Shown piece by piece: positions 17,997 through 24,000 of a stretch of 24,000 bases of DNA; position 1 is the stretch's first letter, and each line of letters begins with the position of its first letter. The stretch lies in NCBI GenBank assembly GCA_963728435.1, contig CAVSJX010000004.1:712180-736179 (forward strand), read 5' to 3'. The translations under genes were made by a program, and so were the position numbers. A model generated the notes under the pieces. It worked only from the letters and a program-made list of their open reading frames with translations, had not been told where the DNA came from and ran no database searches. The stretch comes from an uncultured Phycisphaerales bacterium (GTDB taxonomy: Bacteria > Planctomycetota > Phycisphaerae > Tepidisphaerales > Tepidisphaeraceae).

Positions 17997-18467
17997 CTAT
18001 TGCGCTGGCCTGACGCTGGTTTGCTTGGCCAACTGGGCAATCTCAGGAATTCGTTCCTCCAGTGCCTGTCTTCGGAGATCCCAGTCTTTCCGATTCCATA
18101 GTTCCAAGTGATCACGCACACCGATCAGGGTGACTTCCCTGCTCAGGCCAGCCCGTTTGAGCGTTCTGTCGGGAATCAGGACGCGGCCCTGTTTGTCCCA
18201 CTCCACGCGGCTGGCCAGCGCGAAGTTCACTTGATCGAACGCCAGCACGGATTCGGCCGGCGTCAATTCCGCGGGTCGGCGAGCAACGAGTTCCTCGTAG
18301 TACCGTTCGGGGTACATCCAGGGGACCTTGTTGACGCCCACAATGAGAAAGAACGCTTCGCCGTCGCGATCGGGATCGATTTGTTTACGAACCTCAGCGG
18401 GAACAAGCAGCCTGTTCTTTTCATCAACAGTCAGCTCATACTCGCCGTATAGAAGCAGGTGTCGCAC
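17997..18467 (-). CDS. mraZ: Transcriptional regulator MraZ
   Basis: ORF 17997..18524. It has two SpoVT/AbrB-like MraZ repeats: YGEYELTVDEKNRLLVPAEVRKQI and WDKQGRVLIPDRTLKRAGL..VTLIGVRDHLELWNRKDW. GTG 18467 (MRHLLLYGEY..) fits the usual MraZ N-terminus better than the ORF-maximal GTG 18524. Confidence 0.88.
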   Translation of the reverse strand: MRHLLLYGEYELTVDEKNRLLVPAEVRKQIDPDRDGEAFFLIVGVNKVPWMYPERYYEELVARRPAELTPAESVLAFDQVNFALASRVEWDKQGRVLIPDRTLKRAGLSREVTLIGVRDHLELWNRKDWDLRRQALEERIPEIAQLAKQTSVRPAQ

Positions 18468-18611
18468 AGGGAACTCGATCCATTTATCTGAACGGCGTCT
18501 CCACTTTCTACCACCTGTCTCCACGGTTGCAAGAGAGAAATATTACCGGGCTCAAGATTTTTTAAAGAGTTAGCGCGGAAGTGGCCGAGCGGGCCGGTTA
18601 CCCACTGGTTT

Positions 18612-18632
18612 TGTGGATAACTCTGTGGAAAA
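18612..18632. promoter_or_regulatory. Two tandem DnaA-box-like 9-mers (TGTGGATAA, TGTGGAAAA) upstream of mraZ
   Basis: 18612-18620 TGTGGATAA is the exact complement of the consensus DnaA box TTATCCACA. 18624-18632 TGTGGAAAA is the complement of TTTTCCACA and fits TTWTNCACA. They are in the same orientation with 12-bp spacing, ~145-165 bp upstream of the mraZ start, next to the most AT-rich patch of the region (AAGATTTTTTAAAGAGTTA, ~18555-18572). Confidence 0.4.
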
Positions 18633-18705
18633 GATGTCGAGTTCATGTTGAGAGTCGGTGGGCTGATACCGAAGAGCTTGGGCGAGGCGGGTGGGAGAAG
18701 GCGAA

Positions 18706-19332
18706 TCAGTGGGAATTCGTCCCACCGGCAAAACCAGCGCGGGTGAGTTGCAGGGCGGCGCCAGCGATTAGAAGCAGGATGGCGGGGAGCCAGAGCCAGA
18801 GGATGGGGCGGGGGAAAGCGATGAGCGCGAGGGCGGCGGTGAGGGGGCTTGCGCCGGTGAGCCAGAGGGGCCAGGGGCCGGCGCTGAACTCGGCGTGAAT
18901 GTAATGGCAGGTGGGGATCCCCAGCACGAGCAGGTTGGCAACAGCGACGGCGGGAAGGTGCAGGCGCGGCGGGAGAGCGCTTCGCCAGAGGGCGAGCGTG
19001 AGGAGCCAGAGGGTGAGATAGGTCCAGAGGATGGCGAGGGTGGTGCAGGGCGTGGGAGAGAGCAAGCGCGTGAGGAACAAATAGGGGGCGCTTGTGACGA
19101 TCAGGGCGAGCGTCGATCGCCAATCGCGCAGGAGAAAGGGAAAGAGCATCGCGGCGGCGACAATCTGCAGCGCGAGCATTTCTTCAAGGGCGTACTGCTC
19201 GATGGGGCGCGCCAGACCTGCCGCGAAGGGATAGCGCGCCGCGGCGAGGGCGAGCGCGGTAAGTTGAATGAGAAGCCAGAAAAAGAGCGGAGCGGTGAAA
19301 GAGAGGCGCGGGGCTGAGAGGGTGGGGTTCAC
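18706..19332 (-). CDS. Polytopic membrane protein of unknown function (~6 predicted TM helices), translationally coupled to ftsQ
   Basis: 208 aa, very hydrophobic (LFFWLLIQLTALALAAA.., LALQIVAAAMLFPFLL.., LAILWTYLTLWLLTLALW.., ILWLWLPAILLLIAGAAL), with strong C-ending codon bias. Its GTG start (19332-19330) overlaps the reconstructed ftsQ stop in a GTGA arrangement. No family recognised. Confidence 0.7.
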   Translation of the reverse strand: MNPTLSAPRLSFTAPLFFWLLIQLTALALAAARYPFAAGLARPIEQYALEEMLALQIVAAAMLFPFLLRDWRSTLALIVTSAPYLFLTRLLSPTPCTTLAILWTYLTLWLLTLALWRSALPPRLHLPAVAVANLLVLGIPTCHYIHAEFSAGPWPLWLTGASPLTAALALIAFPRPILWLWLPAILLLIAGAALQLTRAGFAGGTNSH

Positions 19333-20272
19333 CGTCGGTAATCCGCTTGCGCCGCCTCGACGCTGGGGTAGGTGACGGCGTCGAAGCGGATGTCGATCCA
19401 GGGATGATTGCCATCAACCCGGCCAACTTCCTCGTAAATGGCACGAAGATACTTCAGCTTCTGCGCAGGGGAACTTCGGCGAAGACGTCTTTGGAATCGA
19501 GAGGTTGTCCCCAGCGGACCTGCGTGCCGTATTTGGTGATCAGGACGATCTGGGCTTCCCTGGGATCGCGCCGGCCGTGGAAGTTGGAGACATCCACCTT
19601 CACGATGCCCTGGGCGTAGGGCTTGTCAAAGAGAAGCTTGACCATGTCGAGCCCGGCGGCGAGATCCTGGCCGGCCCATTTGGAGCCGGGGGCGGCGGGG
19701 GGAGCCTTGACGCCTTCGATGATGCGGATGTTGAGCTTGTGGTCGCGGCCCATGACGATCTTGGGGACCTGGGGCGCGGTGTAGGCTTCGGGGAGCTTCA
19801 CGCCATCGCCATCGACGAGCCAGAAGAAGTCGCCCCAATGGACCAGGGCGACGGGGGCGCGGTAGTCGCAGTCGATGACGAGTGTGTCGGCGGGTTTTTG
19901 GCCGTAGGCGCGGCGGATCTGCTTGATCGAGCGGATCCAGGGATTGGATTTGAGGATGGCGTAGGTATCGACCAGCATCTGGTGGTCGAAGGCGGAGTGG
20001 TTGCCGGCGGGGCGGGCGAGCTTGGAGATTTCGTTTGCCAGGAAGTCGCTCATCCAGGGCGGGCGGTTGGCGAGGACGACCTTTGGAGGGCTCGCGGGGA
20101 AGACCAGATCGCGATAGACGTAGTGCTTGAGGTGGTAGAAGCCGACGCCGATCAGGGCGATGAGGATGATGGCCGCGGTCGTGTGCAGCGCGATGCGGCG
20201 GCGCAGGCGAAGGGCCTCCGGGTCTAGGGGCTTCTTGAGCTTGATCGGCTTGGCTTTGGTTTTACGGGGCAT
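19330..20272 (-). pseudogene. ftsQ: Cell-division protein FtsQ/DivIB-like (TM + POTRA-type domain), one frameshift near the 3' end as assembled
   Basis: ORF 19454..20395. ATG 20272 gives MPRKTKAKPIKLKK..RRRIALHTTAAIILIALIGVGFYHL (basic tail plus one TM helix), then ..VVLANRPPWMSDFLANEI.. / ..IRSIKQIRRAYGQKPADTLVIDCDYRAPVALV.. / ..KVDVSNFHGRRDPREAQIVLITKYGTQVRWG.., an FtsQ-like periplasmic domain. After ..DVFAEV the protein-like continuation (SPAQKLKYLRAIYEEVGRVDGNHPWIDIRFDAVTYPSVEAAQADYRR*) is in another frame. The indel lies in the GGGG run at 19467-19470 (CCCC on the coding strand). Confidence 0.7.
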
Positions 20273-20410
20273 AACCAGGCGGACTCCCTCCGGTAACGCG
20301 AACAAAGGACTGCGCCAGAAGGACTTATCGGACGAGTTGGGGGGTAATCTTAATCGGGATGGGGAAAATCCGCCGGGAGGCGCGGGGATCGCCAATGCGT
20401 CGTACGGCTT

Positions 20411-20888
20411 CTAGAGCGTGTTATGAACTTTCCACGCCCCGCGAGGGGACGCAATCGACTCAGATGCCAGGAGCGACCGCGAGAGCGGGGTCTTGATGAC
20501 CCTTTGAGCGGTTGTGACGAGGCAGTTGGGTCGATTCCGTGCCGCCTTTGGTGGGCCGGAAAGGGCATAACACGCTCTGGCCGGTGGTCATTCTGGTGGG
20601 GGTAACCTTTGGCCGCTTTGCCGGTGCGACAAATTGTCATGTTCGGACCGCCATGTCGTCAGAAGGGGCAAAAACGGGGTCGGCGGCCGGGTGGGGATGG
20701 TACGGTACTACAACGGTGAGAGTACGGTGTGAGTCGGGAGCCGAATCGGACGCAACACAGGAGCACAACATCCTGTGTTTCCGTGTTTTCATGGACGGGC
20801 TCGGGGCCGGATTGCCTGGATGAGAAGGGTCGTGGCCGTGCCCTTTCCGGCCCATCGCGGGGTGCGGAAAGTGCATAAGGCGCTCTAG
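20411..20888. repeat. Nested inverted-repeat / hairpin-rich non-coding element (four copies of a ~25-35-nt motif)
   Basis: Copy A 20411-20444 (CTAGAGCGTGTTATGAACTTTCCACGCCCCGCGA) is the inverted partner of copy D 20855-20888 (TCGCGGGGTGCGGAAAGTGCATAAGGCGCTCTAG): 29 Watson-Crick plus 2 G-U of 34. Copy B 20553-20580 (GGGCCGGAAAGGGCATAACACGCTCTGG) pairs perfectly with A over 13 bp (20413-20425 / 20566-20578). B also pairs with copy C 20839-20853 (TGCCCTTTCCGGCCC) over 15 bp. Internal hairpins are CCCC-GCGA-GGGG (20437-20448), CCGC-GAGA-GCGG (20477-20488), GGGTC-TTGAT-GACCC (20488-20502), AATCGAC/GTCGATT (20453-20459 / 20530-20536) and AACACAGGA-8nt-TCCTGTGTT (20754-20779). No convincing ORF is present. 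Confidence 0.6.
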
Positions 20889-20982
20889 TGATTCTTGCTC
20901 GATACGGTTAGCAGCCCGCATGCGGGGCGCGTTCCAGTGGCCTGCCTTTGAGGTGGAAGCCGCATGATGTGGCAAGCTGTTG

Positions 20983-21737
20983 TCAATCATGGGGATGGCG
21001 ATGGAGCAGGATGTGGGGGCGCTCCAGGCCGTTGGCGAGCATGAGGGATTCATCGGAGAGAAGCCCGGCGGTGGGGCCCTGGGCGATGAGGCGGCCGTGA
21101 TTGAGCAGCAGGACACGCGAGCAGAGCTCGACGACGAGCTCGAGGTCGTGGGTGGCGATGATGATCGTTGCGGTGAGCTGGCAGAGGAGCTGTTTGAGCT
21201 CGCGCTTGCCGGCGGGGTCGAGGCCGCTGGTGGGTTCGTCGAGGACGAGAATTTCGGGATTGCAGGCGAGGACGCCGGCGAGGCAGACGCGGCGTTTTTC
21301 GCCGAGGCTCAAGCGGTGGGGCAAGCGGTCTTCGAAGCCGGCGAGGCCCATCTGGGCGAGGCTGTGAGAGACGCGGGATTGGACGTTGGGTTCGGGGAGG
21401 CCCATTTGCGCGGGCCGAAGGCAACGTCCTCGAAGACCGTGGGGCAGAAGAGCTGGTCGTTGGGGTCCTGAAAGAGAAGGCCGACCTGGCGGCGGATCTC
21501 GGGGAGGGTTTGGCGGGTGATGGGTTGGCCGAGGACTGTGACGCCGGTGCCGGATTCGAAGTGGTCGTCGGGAAGCAAGCCGTTGAAGTGTTGGAGGAGA
21601 GTGCTCTTGCCGGCGCCGTTGGGGCCGACGATGCCGAGGCATTCGCCGGGTTCGACGCGGAACGTGATTGAGTTCAGGGCGTCGGCGGATTGGGCGTAGC
21701 GGTAGGAGAGGTCGTGGACCTCGATTGCGGGGGTCAT
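20983..21737 (-). pseudogene. cbiO: ECF-transporter ATPase CbiO/EcfA-type, one frameshift as assembled
   Basis: The N-terminal part lies in the frame of ORF 21309..22343: MTPAIEVHDLSYRY..GECLGIVGPNGAGKSTLL (Walker A) ..VGLLFQDPNDQLFCPTVFEDVAFGP. The rest lies in the frame of ORF 20983..21642: AQMGLPEPNVQSRV..PHRLSLGEKRRVCLAGVLACNPEILVLDEPTSGLDP (signature plus Walker B) ..ATHDLELV. The break is at ~21411-21416, in a short C/G run. ATG 21737 overlaps the cbiQ stop (ATGA). Confidence 0.85.
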
Positions 21738-22343
21738 CGCCACCCCCGGGCGCACATGGCGGCGTAAACGCGGTCGGCGCGGTCGGCGGAGCGGATGAAA
21801 AGCTGGCCGATAACGGTGGAGAGGGATTGCCATTGGAAGCGCCTGGTGTTGCGGAAGGTGCGGCAGGCGCGGGCGCGGTTCATGCGGTGGGCTTCGTGGC
21901 CGAGGACAAAGAGGTAGCGGTGCATCAGGAGCATCGTCGTGATCAGGAGCGAGGGGACGCGGGCGGTGCAAGACCTGGATGAGTTCCGAGACGGTTGTGG
22001 TGGCGGAGAGCAGGACGAGCGTCGCGATGCAGATCGTGCATTTGGCGATGAGGATAAGCATGACGTGAAGGCCGTGGGGTTGAAAAAGGGAGAGGATGGC
22101 GACGCCGAGGACGAAAGGTTCGAGGATGAGGACACGGCGGAGAAGATGCGGGATGGAGACGCGGCTGATGGCGAGGGCGATCAGGAGCGCGACGGCGGGG
22201 GCGATGAGATAGACGGTGTGTGACAAGGGCACCGCGACGGTTGCGAGAATCAGCACGAGTGCGGCGGCGGCTTTGATGGGTGCGGGCCAGCGGTGCGATT
22301 GCGCGGCGGGGGGAGGATCAAGGGCGATCAGGAGGTGGTGCAT
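21734..22343 (-). pseudogene. cbiQ: ECF-transporter transmembrane component CbiQ/EcfT-type, one frameshift as assembled
   Basis: The N-terminal hydrophobic part lies in the frame of ORF 21309..22343: ..IKAAAALVLILATVAVPL..APAVALLIALAIS..LEPFVLGVAILSLF..ATLVLLSATTTVSELIQVL. The C-terminal part lies in the frame of ORF 21734..22135: RVPSLLITTMLLMHRYLFVLGHEAHRMNRARACR..IGQLFIRSADRADRVYAAMCARGW, the conserved CbiQ C-terminal block. The break is at the GGG run 21960-21962. Confidence 0.8.
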
Positions 22344-23317
22344 TTGTCACCCGTGGGAGTTGTCGATGCGGGTTGCGGGACAGGGGCGGGTTTTCGCACG
22401 AGGATTCCGGCGAAGATCCACGCCAGGACGAAGACCAGGATGGTGCCGATGGCACCGGCGAGGGCGGTGGCGAGCGTTTGTGCGGAGATGCTGGGGAAGT
22501 GGTAATCCCCCAAAGGGGAGTGAATGAGAAGCGTCGCGTTTTGGAGGAAGCCGTGATCGGCGGCGGTCTTGTCCAAGCCGTCGGGGGCGTGAGAGGCGAA
22601 GGGGGAGATGAAAAGGGCCAGGCCCAGCGCGATGAGGCCGCCGTAGGCGATCAGCGGTCGGTAGGATCTGGCGGTACGCGAGATTTCGCCGGGCAGGGCG
22701 ACGAGATCGGGGCGGTTGGTCCAGACGGTTGAGAGGACGAGCGCAGTGATGATTGCTTCGCCGATGCCGATGAGGGCGTGTACGCCGGCCATGGCGGGGA
22801 AGGCAATCTTCCATGGGACGATGCCGGAGGCGGCGAGTTCGCCGGCGCAAACGATCGCGGCGAGTGCGGTGCTGACCCAGGCGGCAAACGTTGCAGCGAC
22901 GATGCGGCCGAAGAGACCTTTGACGATGCGGCTGATGGCGTAGTAGATCGCCCAGCCGAAGACGCCGCTGATGAGCGCCATGTTGAAGATGTTGGCACCG
23001 AGCGCGGTGACGCCGCCGTCGGCGAAGAGGAAGCATTGAACGATCAGGACGGATGAGATGACGATGACGGCGGCGCTGGGGCCGAGAAGGGCTGCCGTGA
23101 GGACGCCGCCGATGAGGTGGCCGCTGGTTCCGCCGGCGACGGGGAAGTTGAGCATCTGGGCGGCGAAGACGAAGGCGGCGGAGAGGCCGAGGAGCGGGAC
23201 GCGGCGAGGGGGCAGATGCAGGCGGGTTTGTCGCAATGCGACGACGAGGCCGCCGGCGGAGAGGACGCCCATTGTCACCGCAGTTTTGGCATCCAGAAAT
23301 CCATCGGGAATGTGCAT
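22328..23317 (-). CDS. cbiM: Cobalt/nickel ECF substrate-capture component CbiM fused to a C-terminal PDGLE domain
   Basis: Within ORF 22328..23359 the conserved N-terminus MHIPDGFL begins at ATG 23317 (in CbiM/NikM the mature N-terminus forms the metal site). CbiM blocks are GLSAAFVFAAQMLNFPVAGGTSGHLIGG and FADGGVTALGANIFNMA. The C-terminal region contains SPFASHAPDGLDKTAADHGF (PDGLE motif) plus a final TM helix. The frame is intact. Confidence 0.85.
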   Translation of the reverse strand: MHIPDGFLDAKTAVTMGVLSAGGLVVALRQTRLHLPPRRVPLLGLSAAFVFAAQMLNFPVAGGTSGHLIGGVLTAALLGPSAAVIVISSVLIVQCFLFADGGVTALGANIFNMALISGVFGWAIYYAISRIVKGLFGRIVAATFAAWVSTALAAIVCAGELAASGIVPWKIAFPAMAGVHALIGIGEAIITALVLSTVWTNRPDLVALPGEISRTARSYRPLIAYGGLIALGLALFISPFASHAPDGLDKTAADHGFLQNATLLIHSPLGDYHFPSISAQTLATALAGAIGTILVFVLAWIFAGILVRKPAPVPQPASTTPTGDKCTTS

Positions 23318-23472
23318 ACGCCGTCCTTCGTGAACTGGACGCGCGTGGCAAATGACCACGTGGCGGTCTTGCTGAACGTGAACTGTCAGCTAAACCATGA
23401 TAACGCCGCGCACGGAAACACAATGGCCGTTCCCAACGGTTTTGCGAAGAGGAATTTGAGACGCAGAAGCTC

Positions 23473-24000
23473 TCAGGCGATCTTCTGCCTGAGGGGCTTT
23501 TTCGCCAGTGCCGGGCCGAGGCGGACGACAGGGGTGGGCGAGGTCGCTCGCGACAGGGCACGTGTGGCCAGGCGATCGACCAGGGGGCCGAACTCGATGC
23601 CGGCGTGGGCGGCGGCTTCGGGGAGAAGGCTAGTTGGCGTGAAGCCGGGAAGCGTGTTGATCTCCAGGAGCCAGGGGTTGTTGTCGCGATCGAGCATCAG
23701 GTCCACGCGGGCCAGGTCGCGGGCGCCGGCGAGTTGGTTGGCTTTACGCGCGAGTTGACGGCAGCGATCGACCACATGAGCGGGCAGATCCAGATCGAAG
23801 TGGTGCTCGGTGCCGCAGCCTTTGTACTTGGCTTCAAAGTCGAAGAAGTCGCGCTTGACGACGATGCGGATGGGATCCAAGGGCTCTTCTTCGAGCAGAC
23901 CGACCGTCAGCTCAGACCCTTCGATCAGCTTTTCGGCCATGACTTTGGCGTACTTTTCGAGGAGGCGTTCGTATGCCTGGTCGGTCTGGGTTTGCGTGCG
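23473..24000 (-). CDS. ddl: D-alanine--D-alanine ligase, C-terminal part (5' end beyond the window)
   Basis: ATP-grasp C-terminal blocks: EKLIEGSELTVGLL..FFDFEAKY..ARVDLMLDRDNNPWLLEINTLPGFTPTSLLPEAAAHAGIEF..L. The frame stays open to position 24000. Confidence 0.88.
   Translation of the reverse strand, partial: RTQTQTDQAYERLLEKYAKVMAEKLIEGSELTVGLLEEEPLDPIRIVVKRDFFDFEAKYKGCGTEHHFDLDLPAHVVDRCRQLARKANQLAGARDLARVDLMLDRDNNPWLLEINTLPGFTPTSLLPEAAAHAGIEFGPLVDRLATRALSRATSPTPVVRLGPALAKKPLRQKIA

Noticed and set aside
18525-18705. Calling this intergenic region the chromosomal origin (oriC)
   Set aside because: Only two DnaA-type boxes and a very short AT-rich patch are present, with no dnaA/dnaN nearby in the window. 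It is retained only as a regulatory-site hypothesis.
19505-20227. 240-aa plus-strand ORF
   Set aside because: It is antisense to ftsQ, with Gly/Asp/Val-rich shadow translation.
20915-20926. Palindrome CCCGCATGCGGG after cbiO as a terminator (and the similar stem-loop at 17875-17898 after mraZ)
   Set aside because: No U-tract follows on the transcribed strand, and the first has no loop. At most they are RNA-stability or protein-binding elements.
20934-20941. GCCACTGG (B12-box-like) on the minus strand just downstream of cbiO
   Set aside because: It is an isolated 8-mer with none of the other riboswitch blocks, and it is in the wrong position (3' of the transporter operon).
20396-20982. Identity as RNase P RNA, tmRNA, SRP RNA or 6S RNA
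   Set aside because: I checked from memory for GAGGAAAGTCCGGGC / ACAGAACCCGGCTTA (RNase P), the GGGG..TTCGAC 5' end with T-arm plus CCA 3' end (tmRNA) and GGTCCGGAAGGAAGCAGCC (SRP). None is present. GGAAAGG/GGAAAGT here are part of the local repeat motif.
23318-23472. Possible cobalamin riboswitch upstream of cbiM (TTGGGAACGG.., GCCACGTGG resembling the B12 box GCCACTG)
   Set aside because: Only ~150 nt are available. The AGGGAA / GGTGxAAxxCC / CCCGCxACTGT blocks are not convincingly present, and the B12-box match is imperfect. An Infernal scan is needed, so it is not called.
22347-23561. 404-aa minus-strand Arg/Pro-rich ORF
   Set aside because: It is an alternative frame of cbiM that runs into the ddl 3' end. 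The CbiM frame carries the MHIPDGFL and PDGLE signatures.

Overview
GC-rich bacterial chromosomal window. It opens inside an rRNA operon: the 3' ~1.6 kb of 23S, a spacer, 5S and a strong intrinsic terminator. Next comes a LacI-family regulator gene split by a 2,508-bp IS66-family element (tnpA/tnpB/tnpC, imperfect terminal inverted repeats, 8-bp target duplication TAACCATA). A short accessory stretch follows: a secreted protein with a PEP-CTERM/VPLPA-like anchor, a paralogue of the UvrC N-terminal half, a small 4-Cys protein, an XerD-type recombinase, a small ORF and queA. From ~10.5 kb to the end lies a rearranged minus-strand division/cell-wall (dcw) neighbourhood. In transcription order it reads ddl (partial), cbiM-cbiQ-cbiO ECF transporter, ~0.6 kb repeat- and hairpin-rich non-coding DNA, ftsQ, a translationally coupled polytopic membrane protein, mraZ, an anomalous ~1 kb spacer, rsmH, a LysM protein, an FtsL-like protein, a zinc-ribbon membrane protein, an opposite-strand zinc-ribbon gene, ftsI and a CPBP protease. 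No ftsA/ftsZ follows ftsQ, and exosortase-type sorting signals occur; I infer a PVC/Planctomycetota-like organism, which is not proven. At least a dozen reading-frame disruptions occur, mostly 1-nt indels at short homopolymers plus two in-frame stops. They hit lacI, tnpB, tnpC, xerD (x2), queA, the 13.5-14.5 kb gene (several), ftsQ, cbiO and cbiQ, while ftsI, rsmH, cbiM, the LysM gene and others are intact. I cannot tell assembly indel error from real gene decay using sequence alone. The best leads for something undescribed are: (i) the uncharacterised membrane, LysM and zinc-ribbon genes in the slots normally held by ftsA/ftsZ and the ftsL neighbourhood; (ii) the nested inverted-repeat element with GNRA-capped hairpins at 20.4-20.9 kb; (iii) the 1-kb insertion between mraZ and rsmH; (iv) tandem DnaA-box-like 9-mers upstream of mraZ.
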